A stretch of DNA of 64,000 bases from Syntrophales bacterium (GTDB taxonomy: Bacteria > Desulfobacterota > Syntrophia > Syntrophales > UBA8958): assembly GCA_026417625.1 (NCBI GenBank), contig JAOACW010000003.1:76699-140698 (forward strand). The letters run 5' to 3'. Each line of letters starts with the position of its first letter. Position 1 is the stretch's first letter. The position numbers and the translations under genes are program-made. Of the stretch, positions 19,407-28,905 are shown in pieces. The notes beneath the pieces are model-generated. The model ran no database searches. It worked only from the letters and a program-made list of their open reading frames with translations, and was not told where the DNA came from.

Positions 19407-20198
19407 ATGGGTTATGAAAACATCATCGTTGAAGTTGAAGCCGGTGTGGAGACTATACGCCTAAATAGACCGCAGGCCTTCAACTCATTAAACGACGCGA
19501 TTGGAGAAGAGCTGGAGGCGGAAATAGAAAACTGCGCTAAAGATCCTTCGATAAAAGTATTGATTATAACTGGCGAAGGAAAGGCTTTTTGTTCTGGCGG
19601 TGATATAACGTTTTTTAAGAAATACTTTGAATCTGATCCTTCGGAGCCTTTTAGGCAGCTTATAAAGAGACTTAATATCGTTATACTTACCATTAGGAAA
19701 ATGCCCAAACCTGTTATTGCAGCCATAAATGGAGCTGTAGGAGGAGCGGGATTTAGTCTGGCAGCTGCATGTGATCTGAGGATATGTGCCTCTTCTGTTA
19801 GGTTCCGCCAGGCTTACACTTCCATTGGAATGACGGGTGATGGCGGCTGGTCGTTACTTGTTCCTCTTCTCATTGGTTTTGGTAAGGTTACGGAATTACT
19901 GCTTTTGGATCCTGTATTTGATGCTCAACAAGCCCTTGCATGGGGCCTGGTACATCAAGTGGTGGAGGATGGGGAGCTTGAAAGTACGGTTAAAGGTGTT
20001 GCGCGGAAACTAGCTACAGGTCCTTCAACGGCATTTGCAATAGCGAAAGAAAACTTAAACCAGGCTATGCTTGGTCTGCTGGAAAAACAGCTCGAGTTGG
20101 AGAGAATGGGTATGATTAGGGCGTCTTACACGTCGGATTATATAGAGGGTGTGCATGCTTTTCTGGAAAAGCGGGCACCAAGGTTTACCGGAGGGTGA
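19407..20198 (+). CDS. Enoyl-CoA hydratase/isomerase family protein
   Basis: 263 aa; crotonase signature FCSGGDI, AAINGAVGGAG. Confidence 0.88.
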   Translation: MGYENIIVEVEAGVETIRLNRPQAFNSLNDAIGEELEAEIENCAKDPSIKVLIITGEGKAFCSGGDITFFKKYFESDPSEPFRQLIKRLNIVILTIRKMPKPVIAAINGAVGGAGFSLAAACDLRICASSVRFRQAYTSIGMTGDGGWSLLVPLLIGFGKVTELLLLDPVFDAQQALAWGLVHQVVEDGELESTVKGVARKLATGPSTAFAIAKENLNQAMLGLLEKQLELERMGMIRASYTSDYIEGVHAFLEKRAPRFTGG

Positions 20199-20232
20199 GG
20201 ATATTTGGGATTTAGCGTTTAGTGAAAATTTA

Positions 20233-20261
20233 TTGACATGCATTTATATTTTTACTAAAAT
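20233..20261 (+). promoter_or_regulatory. Sigma70-type promoter of the aromatic operon
   Basis: TTGACA (20233-38), 17 nt, TAAAAT (20256-61), with an AT-rich upstream region. Confidence 0.7.
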
Positions 20262-20284
20262 GAAATAAATTTAAAGGATGCGCG

Positions 20285-20380
20285 ATGGATAGACCGCAAC
20301 TCATTTCAACACGCTATTTTTGGTTTGGTTATTTTTACGTGGGGAGGTCTGCCCATTGCGCCCCGAGGTTTTTAACGTAA
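20285..20380 (+). CDS. Leader peptide of the aro operon, rich in Tyr/Phe/Trp codons
   Basis: SD AAAGGA lies 6 nt upstream. MDRPQLISTRYFWFGYFYVGRSAHCAPRFLT has 7 aromatic codons in 8 positions (20315-20338). A terminator follows. Confidence 0.75.
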   Translation: MDRPQLISTRYFWFGYFYVGRSAHCAPRFLT

Positions 20381-20401
20381 GGTAAGCTAAAAGAAAAAAC
20401 C

Positions 20402-20445
20402 AAGGCCGTGGGCAGAGGAAAACTCCCCACGGCCTTTTAATTTTT
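20402..20445 (+). terminator. Attenuator (Rho-independent) terminator upstream of aroF
   Basis: Stem AAGGCCGTGGG (20402-12) / CCCACGGCCTT (20426-36), then TTTTAATTTTT. Upstream segments 20348-55 and 20339-46 are complementary to parts of it. Confidence 0.75.
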
Positions 20446-20491
20446 CTGGTCGTAGGGAGTGTAAGGGTCCCGGCAGGCGTGGAGGTGATCC

Positions 20492-21508
20492 ATGGTTATT
20501 GTAATGAAGAAAAACGCTACGGAACAACAGATTAACACAGTTATTGAGTGGATAGAGTCCGTTGGTTACAGGACCCATCTATCGAGGGGAGTGGAGAGAA
20601 CCATCATTGGTGCCATTGGGGATAGCAGAGGTCAGAATCATCTGACGTATCTCAGCATTATGCCCGGTGTGGAGAAGGTGATGCCAATTCTGAAACCATA
20701 TAAACTCGCCAGTCGGGAGTTCAAAGAAGAGGATACAATTGTAAGGGTGAGGGACATCCAAATCGGGGGCAACAGATTTACAGTGATCGCAGGTCCCTGC
20801 GCCGTCGAAAGTGAGGAACAGCTCATGGAATGTGCTTACGTAGCGAAGAAAGCGGGTGCTCATCTGTTGAGAGGAGGCGCATACAAACCACGAACTTCGC
20901 CTTATAGTTTTCAGGGTATGGAAAAGGAAGGATTGATCATTCTCAGGAAAGTGAGTGAATGCACTGGGTTACCTGTGGTTACAGAAGTGGTAAATACCAC
21001 TGATGTTGACCTGGTCGAGGAATATGCAGACATCATCCAGATAGGAGCAAGGAATGTACAGAACTTTGCCCTTCTAAAGAGAGTGGGAATGGCAAGAAAG
21101 CCTGTCCTTTTGAAAAGAGGTATGATGACTACTATCGAAGAGCTTTTGATGTCAGCAGAATACATTCTTTCCTCAGGGAATAGCCAGGTGATTCTCTGTG
21201 AGAGAGGCATCCGGACGTTCGAAACGGCTACCCGCAATACACTAGATATAAGTGCCGTTTTGGTACTTAAGGAATTGAGTCACTTACCCGTTATAGTGGA
21301 TCCCAGTCATGCATCCGGTAATTGGAGATACGTGATACCTTTAGCACGAGCTGCAGTGGCTGTGGGTGCCCACGGTGTTATCGTCGAAGTACACCCTGAA
21401 CCGGAGAAAGCAGTGTCTGATGGTATGCAATCTCTGAAACCGGAGAAATTTTATAGATTGATGGAAGAAGTCACTTTTCTGGCACGCACTATAGGGAAGG
21501 AGGTGTAG
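20492..21508 (+). CDS. aroF: 3-deoxy-7-phosphoheptulonate (DAHP) synthase, type I-beta, with an N-terminal ferredoxin-like regulatory domain
   Basis: 338 aa. A ~75-aa N-terminal extension, then a KDO8PS-like barrel ([32 protein letters not shown]). Confidence 0.9.
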   Translation: MVIVMKKNATEQQINTVIEWIESVGYRTHLSRGVERTIIGAIGDSRGQNHLTYLSIMPGVEKVMPILKPYKLASREFKEEDTIVRVRDIQIGGNRFTVIAGPCAVESEEQLMECAYVAKKAGAHLLRGGAYKPRTSPYSFQGMEKEGLIILRKVSECTGLPVVTEVVNTTDVDLVEEYADIIQIGARNVQNFALLKRVGMARKPVLLKRGMMTTIEELLMSAEYILSSGNSQVILCERGIRTFETATRNTLDISAVLVLKELSHLPVIVDPSHASGNWRYVIPLARAAVAVGAHGVIVEVHPEPEKAVSDGMQSLKPEKFYRLMEEVTFLARTIGKEV

Positions 21509-21515
21509 GTTCTAG

Positions 21516-22607
21516 ATGAACCGCATTAGGGTAAATCTATCAAGCCGCACAGCTGATTCCCATGAGATAATAATTGGTGCTCATATTCTTGACCGGGTGG
21601 CTTTTATTATATCCAGGAGTGGGTGGGGTAACAGATATGTCATCATAACTGACGAGAATGTTTTAGAGATCCATGGTTCGACTGTTCTTGATCATTTCCG
21701 GGCAGTGGGGATTCAATGTGATGTTCTCACTATTCCCCAGGGTGAGTGTTCTAAAACTATGCTTACATGTTTGAAATTGGCGGAACAGCTTGCGGACTTA
21801 GAAGCGGATCGGAAAACCGCACTTGTTGCCCTAGGGGGTGGGGTTGTGGGAGATATTACGGGATTTCTCGCCTCCATATACATGAGGGGTGTAAGTTACA
21901 TCCAGATTCCTACGACATTGATGGCTCAGGTAGACAGTGCCATTGGAGGAAAAACGGGAGTTAACGATGAAACTGGAAAGAACATTCTGGGAACATTTTA
22001 TCAACCGACGGCGGTGTTCATCGATGTTTCTTTACTGAAGACATTGCCTGATTGTGAGTTTCAAAACGGAATTGCGGAGATTGTCAAGTACGGTATTATA
22101 GAAGACCCCTCGTTGCTCGATCTGTTGGAGGAAAATTTTACTGAATTGAGAAGAAACGAGTCGATACTTGTAGAGACTGTAGCCCGTTGTTGCAAGATAA
22201 AAAAGGGAATCGTAGAGATTGACGAGAAGGAGCTAAGTATTAGGAGGGTTTTGAACTTCGGTCATACAGTGGGACATGCAATTGAGGTGGAATCGCAATT
22301 TTCAATTTCGCATGGGAGAGCGGTGTCCATAGGGATGTGGGTGGCTACTTGTTTGTCGGAAGCTTTGGGTTACCTCTCGTCTGAATCCCGCATAAGGGTC
22401 GGTGAGATCTTTGGTAAGCTTAACCTTCCTATGCAGATCCCCAGTTATATAAGTGTTGAGGGATTGATGGAAAAGGTAAAGAGGGACAAAAAGAAGGAAG
22501 GTGAGAAGATAAATTTTGTACTTCTTAAAAAACTGGGTATGCCTTTTATAAATGGAGGTGTTCCTATGGAAACTCTACGGCAGGTAATAGAGGGGAATAT
22601 GAGCTGA
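21516..22607 (+). CDS. aroB: 3-dehydroquinate synthase
   Basis: 363 aa; GGGVVGDITGF, PTTLMAQVDSAIGGKTGVN, NFGHTVGHAIE. Confidence 0.92.
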   Translation: MNRIRVNLSSRTADSHEIIIGAHILDRVAFIISRSGWGNRYVIITDENVLEIHGSTVLDHFRAVGIQCDVLTIPQGECSKTMLTCLKLAEQLADLEADRKTALVALGGGVVGDITGFLASIYMRGVSYIQIPTTLMAQVDSAIGGKTGVNDETGKNILGTFYQPTAVFIDVSLLKTLPDCEFQNGIAEIVKYGIIEDPSLLDLLEENFTELRRNESILVETVARCCKIKKGIVEIDEKELSIRRVLNFGHTVGHAIEVESQFSISHGRAVSIGMWVATCLSEALGYLSSESRIRVGEIFGKLNLPMQIPSYISVEGLMEKVKRDKKKEGEKINFVLLKKLGMPFINGGVPMETLRQVIEGNMS

Positions 22608-23686
22608 TGGAGATTACATTAGAAAGGATTCGGTTAGCCATACGGGAAGTTGATGAAAAAATAGTTAGTTTGCTTAATGAGCGGGCACGTCTTGCGGTAC
22701 AGATTGGCAAACTGAAGGAAATTAAAAATGTAGATATTTTCGACCCTGTTCAAGAAATGAAGGTGTTGAATCATATAAGCAACGTAAACCATGGCCCAAT
22801 GAGCGATGAAGACCTAAGAGCTATTTACAGGGAAATACTTTCCACCTCTCGAAAATTGCAGAAGCCTCTCACCGTTGCATGTTTGGGACCGGCTGGTTCC
22901 TTCAGTCATATAGCTTTGAGAAAGGTGTTCGGAAGTAGTGTGGAGGTGTGTTTCACACCGAATATCGGAAATGTTTTCGACGAGGTGGAGAAAGAGAAGG
23001 TAGATTACGGACTTGTGCCCCTCGAGAATTCTCTTGAAGGTTCTGTGACACAGACATTAGATCGTTTAGTAGTGACCACCCTCAGTATTAGGGCCGAGAT
23101 TTGTCTTAGGATATCTCACTATCTTTTGTCTAATGAAAAATCACTTAGAGACATAAAGAGGGTTTATTCTCACCCTCAGGCACTTGGCCAGTGCCGCGAG
23201 TGGTTGTCAAGGAACCTTCCCCACACTACCTGGGTGGGTGTGGATAGCACGGCAGATGCTGCTCGTAAGGCAGGGGTTGATGAGGGTTCGGCAGCCATAG
23301 GAAGTTATCTAGCTTCAGAAATTTACGGTATTCCTATTCTTGAAAGAGGCATTGAGGACTACCCCCATAATATTACTCGATTTGTGGTTCTTGGCAGAGG
23401 AGAAACAGCACCTACAGGTATTGACAAAACGTCCATCATCATTGCTACACCTCATGTTCCAGGAGCACTGTACCGGGCGCTCGAGCCCTTTGCTCAGGAG
23501 GCGATTAATCTTTTGCGTATTGAATCCCATCCTAGCAGAGAACATATATGGGAATACAGGTTCTTTATCGATCTGGAGGGACATGTGGATGATCAGAAGG
23601 TCAGAAGATGTTTAGATGAGGTTAAGAGAAGGACAACACTACTTAAAGTTTTAGGATCGTATATGCAGGATAAGGGGGTTGTATGA
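22607..23686 (+). CDS. pheA: Bifunctional chorismate mutase / prephenate dehydratase (P-protein)
   Basis: 359 aa; N-terminal CM helix (IREVDEKIVSLLNERARLA), PDT domain (VACLGPAGSFSH, PLENSLEGSV), ACT region (TSIIIATPHVPGALYRAL..ESHP). Confidence 0.9.
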   Translation: MEITLERIRLAIREVDEKIVSLLNERARLAVQIGKLKEIKNVDIFDPVQEMKVLNHISNVNHGPMSDEDLRAIYREILSTSRKLQKPLTVACLGPAGSFSHIALRKVFGSSVEVCFTPNIGNVFDEVEKEKVDYGLVPLENSLEGSVTQTLDRLVVTTLSIRAEICLRISHYLLSNEKSLRDIKRVYSHPQALGQCREWLSRNLPHTTWVGVDSTADAARKAGVDEGSAAIGSYLASEIYGIPILERGIEDYPHNITRFVVLGRGETAPTGIDKTSIIIATPHVPGALYRALEPFAQEAINLLRIESHPSREHIWEYRFFIDLEGHVDDQKVRRCLDEVKRRTTLLKVLGSYMQDKGVV

Positions 23687-24366
23687 TCTGTGTTTCCATA
23701 TTACCTGAAACAGAAGAAGAGGCAAAGGATCTGATCATACGTGCATCCGGAGTTGCAAAAGCTGTAGAGTTGCGGATCGATAGGCTTAAATTTCCCAATC
23801 TTGAACTATTAAGAAAGTTCTGTACCGGTTATCTGGTTGTGACAAATAGGCGTAGGGAAGATGGGGGGTACTTTGATGGAACGGAGGAGGAGAGAATTGA
23901 GTCTCTTAAGGAAGCTGTAATATCTGGGGCCGATTATGTAGATGTGGAATTGGGCTCGGATCATAAGCACATTGATGGCTTAAGGGAACTGATAGATCGT
24001 GAGGGTAACAGGACAAGATTGATCATATCCCATCATGATCTTTCGGGCACACCACCACTCAACGAGATGAAGAATATATATTCCATGTGTCGTTCACTGG
24101 GGGCTGATGTGGTAAAAATTGTAACAAACGCCCATTCTGTTGCAGATAGTCTACGTGTCCTTAATCTCATTACGTGGGCCCATGAAGCGGGCGAAGAGAT
24201 AATCGCCTACGCTATGGGTAAGGCGGGTGTGATAAGTAGGGTTATGGCCATTCTCCTTGGGGGCCACCTGAATTACGTTTATCTGGATGGGGAATATTCT
24301 ACAGGTACGGGTCAATTAAGTTTGACAGAAATGATTAAAATCCTCGAAATGGTAGGACGTGAATAA
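23683..24366 (+). CDS. aroD: 3-dehydroquinate dehydratase, type I
   Basis: 227 aa; VELRIDRL, ISHHD, and KIV (the Schiff-base Lys context). Confidence 0.85.
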   Translation: MICVSILPETEEEAKDLIIRASGVAKAVELRIDRLKFPNLELLRKFCTGYLVVTNRRREDGGYFDGTEEERIESLKEAVISGADYVDVELGSDHKHIDGLRELIDREGNRTRLIISHHDLSGTPPLNEMKNIYSMCRSLGADVVKIVTNAHSVADSLRVLNLITWAHEAGEEIIAYAMGKAGVISRVMAILLGGHLNYVYLDGEYSTGTGQLSLTEMIKILEMVGRE

Positions 24367-25195
24367 GAGTTCGGCAAAATACGGAGTTTTTGGAGACCCT
24401 GTATCTCATAGTTTGTCTCCTCTGATGCACTTAGCCGCTTTTCAGGCTTTGGGTGTTAATGCGTCTTATGAGGCTTACACAGTTTCGGATGCCGAGAGGT
24501 GCATGGAGATCATCAGGAAGCTTGATATTATAGGAGCAAGTGTGACCATGCCATTGAAGGAGAAGGTTTTGAAATACTGCGATCATGTGGATCGACATGC
24601 AGAAGTGGTTGGAGCGGTGAATACCTTAGTTATTTCGGGAAATAAAATAAGTGGTTACAATACAGATTGGATTGGGGTTAGAGAGGCTGTTGGGAGTAGA
24701 AAAAACGTTAAGGGAAATGTGGTAGTAGTTGTTGGTGCAGGAGGAGCTGCTCGTGCGGCGGTGTACGCTGTCATTCAGAATGGAGGTATTCCTGTGGTTG
24801 TGAGTCGCAGAAAGGAACAAGGGGAGGCAGTAGCCCGCCATTTTGGTTGCCAGTACTGTCCTTTAGGTGAGATTGGAGATCTGAAGGCCGATGGTATGAT
24901 AAACGCAACCCCTGTAGGTATGACACCATTTACCTCTCATATGGTGGTTGAAAGGGAGGTACTTGCACGTTTTAACTGGGTGATGGATATGGTCTATAAA
25001 CCTATTGAGACCAAACTTCTAAGAGAGGCCTCTGCGCTGGGCATCGAAACGATAGATGGTGTGTCCATGTTTGTGCATCAGGGGGCGGAACAGTTCAGGA
25101 TGTGGACTGGTATGAACCCTCCTTTGAAGGTTATGGAACAGGTAGTCCGGTTGGCGTTGAATGATCTAGCTTCTAGTTGTGGGGAGAAGATTTAA
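24359..25195 (+). CDS. aroE: Shikimate 5-dehydrogenase
   Basis: 278 aa; GDPVSHSLSPLMH, NVTMPLK-like (SVTMPLKE), GYNTDWIG, VVGAGGAARA. GTG start. Confidence 0.9.
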   Translation: MNKSSAKYGVFGDPVSHSLSPLMHLAAFQALGVNASYEAYTVSDAERCMEIIRKLDIIGASVTMPLKEKVLKYCDHVDRHAEVVGAVNTLVISGNKISGYNTDWIGVREAVGSRKNVKGNVVVVVGAGGAARAAVYAVIQNGGIPVVVSRRKEQGEAVARHFGCQYCPLGEIGDLKADGMINATPVGMTPFTSHMVVEREVLARFNWVMDMVYKPIETKLLREASALGIETIDGVSMFVHQGAEQFRMWTGMNPPLKVMEQVVRLALNDLASSCGEKI

Positions 25196-26454
25196 TGGAA
25201 ATTAGATTTATAGCTCCGGAGCATAAGCGGGAAAGGACTGTGAGAGTTCCAGGATCTAAGAGTTTAACACAAAGGGCTTTTGTTATAGCATCGCTCGCTG
25301 AGGGCAATTCTCTCATAAGGAATGCCCTGCTCTCTGAGGATACGAGGCTGTTGATGGAGTCTCTTGCTCGTTTTGGGGCGGATTTTAGTGTGAGTGAAGA
25401 AGGTGTTTTGGTTAAAGGGACAGGTGGTAAGCTGAAATCTACAGATCGACAAATTTATCTCGGGAATAATGGGACGGCACTTCGTTTTCTTCTTAGTATC
25501 GCCGCCTTGGGGAAAGGTGTATACCGTTTTACGGGAGATCCGCGCCTTCAGGAGAGGCCCGTTGGTCCCCTTGGGGAGATTTTGGTAAAGATGGGTGCGC
25601 GTATTGAATATCACAAAAAAGATGGTTGTATTCCCTTAGATGTTCATCCGTTTCGGTTACAAGGTGGAAAGTTCCGACTGCAAGATATGGAGAGTAGTCA
25701 ATTTGTTTCGTCATTGATGATAAGTGGTGTTTTTACAGGGAAAGGTTTGGAAATCGTATTGGAAGGCAAACTTTTATCCCTACCGTACATTCACATGACA
25801 GCGGAGGTCATGCGGGCTTTCGGTGTGGATGTGGAAGTGAGATCCAATAGGATAAAGGTGCCTGGAGGACAATGCTATAAGGCAAGGGAGTGGGCGGTTG
25901 AAGGTGATGCTACTAGTGCCTCGTATTTTCTGGCTCTTGCTCCCCTGTGCCAGAAAAAAATTAGGGTTGAGAGCATTTCAAGCAATTCGGTTCAGGGTGA
26001 TATAGGATTTCTAAGGATTCTCGAGAACCTCGGTTGTGAAATCCAAAATGGAGAAAATTGGGTTGAAGTCAAAGGGGGGAAAATGCCCACAGGTCAGCTT
26101 GAGTTCGATATGGGTGATATGCCTGACCTCGTTCCCACTTTGGCTGTTATTGCCGCTGTTCGTCCGGGTAGGACTGTGATAAAGAACGTGCCTCATTTGC
26201 GCATAAAGGAGAGCGACCGGATAGCGGCACTGGCGAGAGAATTATCGAAGATGGGAGTTGAGGTCATAGAGAGGCCTGATGGTATGGTGATAAATGGTGG
26301 TAATCCACGTGGTACAGAAGTGGAAACGTATAACGATCATCGTATTGCTATGAGTTTTGCCGTTTTGGGAAAGGTCGTGAAAGGAGTGTCCATCAGAAAT
26401 CCTCGCTGTGTGGATAAGTCCTTTCCCAGTTTTTGGATTCTTCTTGAGGGGTAA
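25195..26454 (+). CDS. aroA: 3-phosphoshikimate 1-carboxyvinyltransferase (EPSP synthase)
   Basis: PGSKSLTQRAF, LGNNGTALRFL, HLRIKESDRI, YNDHRIAMSFAV. ATG 25195 overlaps the aroE stop (TAATG). Confidence 0.92.
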   Translation: MEIRFIAPEHKRERTVRVPGSKSLTQRAFVIASLAEGNSLIRNALLSEDTRLLMESLARFGADFSVSEEGVLVKGTGGKLKSTDRQIYLGNNGTALRFLLSIAALGKGVYRFTGDPRLQERPVGPLGEILVKMGARIEYHKKDGCIPLDVHPFRLQGGKFRLQDMESSQFVSSLMISGVFTGKGLEIVLEGKLLSLPYIHMTAEVMRAFGVDVEVRSNRIKVPGGQCYKAREWAVEGDATSASYFLALAPLCQKKIRVESISSNSVQGDIGFLRILENLGCEIQNGENWVEVKGGKMPTGQLEFDMGDMPDLVPTLAVIAAVRPGRTVIKNVPHLRIKESDRIAALARELSKMGVEVIERPDGMVINGGNPRGTEVETYNDHRIAMSFAVLGKVVKGVSIRNPRCVDKSFPSFWILLEG

Positions 26455-27008
26455 TGGAAAAAATATTTTTGATAGGATACCGATGCACAGGGAAGACAAG
26501 TGTGGGTAGAAAATTGGCAGAGAAGCTTGATGTATCTTTTTTTGATAGTGATGAATTGGTGGTAGAAAGAGCTGGATGCTCGATTTGTGATATAGTGTCC
26601 AGGTGGGGTTGGCCTTATTTTAGGACTTTGGAGAAGGAAGTTGTGAAATATCTAGCAAAGGTGCAAGGTCCTGGGGTGGTGGCTTTGGGAGGTGGATCAG
26701 TTATGGATGAGGAAAATGTTGATGCGCTAAGAGGAAAAGGTTTCTTTGTGTGGTTGTATGCCGATGTCAATACAATTGTCAGTCGTATGATTAAAGATAA
26801 GAAAACGTCATCTACACGTCCTTCACTCACTGGAGATGACGTTTACGGAGAGACACAGCAAGTATTGAGTATACGTGAGGGTGTTTACAGATCAATAATG
26901 GATGCGAAAATAGATACGAGAGGGAAGGAATTGGAACGTGTCGTTGATGAAATAATCTGGGAGCGGGAGAAGTGGCGGGTAACACGATTGGACAGCTGTT
27001 CAAAGTAA
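26454..27008 (+). CDS. aroK: Shikimate kinase
   Basis: 184 aa; Walker A GYRCTGKTSVG, DSD, GGG. The tail overlaps aroC by 37 nt. Confidence 0.88.
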   Translation: MEKIFLIGYRCTGKTSVGRKLAEKLDVSFFDSDELVVERAGCSICDIVSRWGWPYFRTLEKEVVKYLAKVQGPGVVALGGGSVMDEENVDALRGKGFFVWLYADVNTIVSRMIKDKKTSSTRPSLTGDDVYGETQQVLSIREGVYRSIMDAKIDTRGKELERVVDEIIWEREKWRVTRLDSCSK

Positions 27009-28033
27009 CCACGTGGGGTGAATCCCATGGGACTGCCTTGGGTGTTGTTGTAGACGGGTGTCCTCCGAGAATTCCCATTTCCCGTGACGAGATTCAGGAG
27101 GAACTGGAAAGGCGAAAGCCGGGAACCGGAGATGGAACTTCGCCACGGAGAGAATCTGACACCGTTGAGATTCTCTCCGGTGTCTTTCAGGGAATGACAA
27201 CTGGAACCCCTATTGCCATGATCATAAGGAACGTAGACACCGATGTTACCCCATATGAGACTATGTCTCGCATCTTCCGCCCGGGACATGGAGATTATAC
27301 GTACTGGAAGAAGTACGGAGTGCGTGACTACCGCGGTGGAGGAAGAGCGTCTGGTAGGGAAACGGTAGCCCGTGTTGCTGCTGGTGCTATTGCTAGGAAA
27401 GTAATAGGTTTAGCGGGTATTGAAGTTCATTCGTACACGATCTCTTTGGGTGGGGTAGTGGCAAGAGAATTCTGTCCTGAGGTCGCAAGGGGTAATGTTC
27501 TACGCTGCCCTGACGAGAAGGCGGCTGAAGCAATGCTTGATGTTTTGGAAAAATGCCGCAATCAGGGGGATACCGTTGGAGGTGTGGCAGAGATACGTGT
27601 TAGGGGATGTCCACCTGGGCTTGGGGAACCGGTGTTTAATAAGCTAGACGCAGACCTTGCGGCGGCATTGATGAGTATAGGGACTGTTAAGGGTGTCGAA
27701 ATTGGTGCGGGATTCAAGGCTGCTTTTATGAGGGGTTCGGAGTGTAACGATGCTATGGAATCTGGGGGATTTTGTTCTAACCATGCAGGTGGTATCCTGG
27801 CGGGCATAAGTACAGGGCAGGACATAGTTATCAGGGTTGCTTGTAAACCTATTCCTTCCATTAGACTTGAGCAAAAGACGGTGGATATAGAAGGGAGACC
27901 GGTAAAGATCAAGATCGAAGGACGTCATGATGTTTGTGTACTGCCAAGGATTCTCCCTGTATGTGAGGCTATGGTATGTATCGTTTTGGCTGATCATCTT
28001 TTACGACAGAAGGCTCTGGGATTGGTGGAGTAG
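26972..28033 (+). CDS. aroC: Chorismate synthase
   Basis: 353 aa; TWGESHG, GRSSARETAARV-like (GRASGRETVARV), GRHDVCVLPR. Confidence 0.92.
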   Translation: MAGNTIGQLFKVTTWGESHGTALGVVVDGCPPRIPISRDEIQEELERRKPGTGDGTSPRRESDTVEILSGVFQGMTTGTPIAMIIRNVDTDVTPYETMSRIFRPGHGDYTYWKKYGVRDYRGGGRASGRETVARVAAGAIARKVIGLAGIEVHSYTISLGGVVAREFCPEVARGNVLRCPDEKAAEAMLDVLEKCRNQGDTVGGVAEIRVRGCPPGLGEPVFNKLDADLAAALMSIGTVKGVEIGAGFKAAFMRGSECNDAMESGGFCSNHAGGILAGISTGQDIVIRVACKPIPSIRLEQKTVDIEGRPVKIKIEGRHDVCVLPRILPVCEAMVCIVLADHLLRQKALGLVE

Positions 28034-28042
28034 ATTTATACG

Positions 28043-28795
28043 ATGGGTTTGGGTTTTGATAATGCGACCATTGGAGTAGTAGGCGGCACCCGTGGCATGG
28101 GACGTTGGTTGGCTGATTTTTTTCGTGAAAGGGGTTTCTGTGTTTACGTCTCGGGTCGGAATACGCCCGCTGATTCTAGTACATTGGCCGAGTTGTGCCA
28201 AGTGATAATTGTTGCTGTGCCTATTTCAGTAACATGCGATGTGATAAGGGAATTAGGACCTCGTCTCCCCGATGACAGGTTGCTCGTAGATGTTGCCTCA
28301 CTGAAGAAGAGGTCGGTAGAGGCAATGCTGGAGAGTTCTACCTGTGAGGTAGTCGGTGTTCATCCTCTTTTTGGGCCAGCTGTTGAGTCAATAGCGGGAG
28401 AAAATGTGGTGGTATGTCCGGGAAGAGGCCAATCGGGTATGGAATGGATCTGCCGTACGTTTGTGGAAGCAGGAGCACGGGTGACAGTGACAACCCCAGA
28501 TCACCACGATCGAGTTATGGCTGTAATTCAGGCAATTAACCATCTGAATACAATGATTTTTGGTAAAGTTGTCAGGGAGTCGGGTTTGTCCGAGGAAGAA
28601 TTAGAGCGTTATTCTACTCCTTCTTTTCGTCAGAAATGGGAGCTCTTAAAGAGGATAGACGAACACCCCGAATTATATAGAGACATTATCACTCACAATG
28701 AGTACGTGGAGTCCATTGGGGCGCTTTATCTTGATGCAACTTTAGAACTGATGAACACACTCATAAAAGAGATTGACATAGCGGGCAAATTTTAG
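28043..28795 (+). CDS. tyrA: Prephenate dehydrogenase
   Basis: 250 aa; Rossmann GVVGGTRGMGRW, VGVHPLFGP, HD..MAVIQAINH. Confidence 0.85.
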   Translation: MGLGFDNATIGVVGGTRGMGRWLADFFRERGFCVYVSGRNTPADSSTLAELCQVIIVAVPISVTCDVIRELGPRLPDDRLLVDVASLKKRSVEAMLESSTCEVVGVHPLFGPAVESIAGENVVVCPGRGQSGMEWICRTFVEAGARVTVTTPDHHDRVMAVIQAINHLNTMIFGKVVRESGLSEEELERYSTPSFRQKWELLKRIDEHPELYRDIITHNEYVESIGALYLDATLELMNTLIKEIDIAGKF

Positions 28796-28801
28796 TATAT
28801 T
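28773..28801 (+). promoter_or_regulatory. Internal sigma70-type promoter for trpL-trpEGDCFBA
   Basis: TTGACA (28773-78, inside the last tyrA codons), 17 nt, TATATT (28796-801). The predicted TSS is only ~2-4 nt before the trpL ATG. Confidence 0.6.
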
Positions 28802-28810
28802 TAGAATAAT

Positions 28811-28870
28811 ATGAAATGTGTAGAATTAATACAAAGAGAATCAAGCTGGTGGTGGTGCTCCGAAAAATAG
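28811..28870 (+). CDS. trpL: trp operon leader peptide
   Basis: MKCVELIQRESSWWWCSEK, with three consecutive TGG codons (28847-55). Four-segment alternative hairpins follow. Confidence 0.8.
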   Translation: MKCVELIQRESSWWWCSEK

Positions 28871-28905
28871 GGGCACCCCACAGCTAAAAAGTTAAGAAAA
28901 TAAAT

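Noticed and set aside
21479-21495. Sigma54-like CTGGCACGCACTATAGG at the aroF/aroB junction, plus several other TGGCA occurrences in coding regions
   Set aside because: There is no GC dinucleotide at the -12 position (TATAGG instead of TTGC), and it lies inside a translationally coupled operon.
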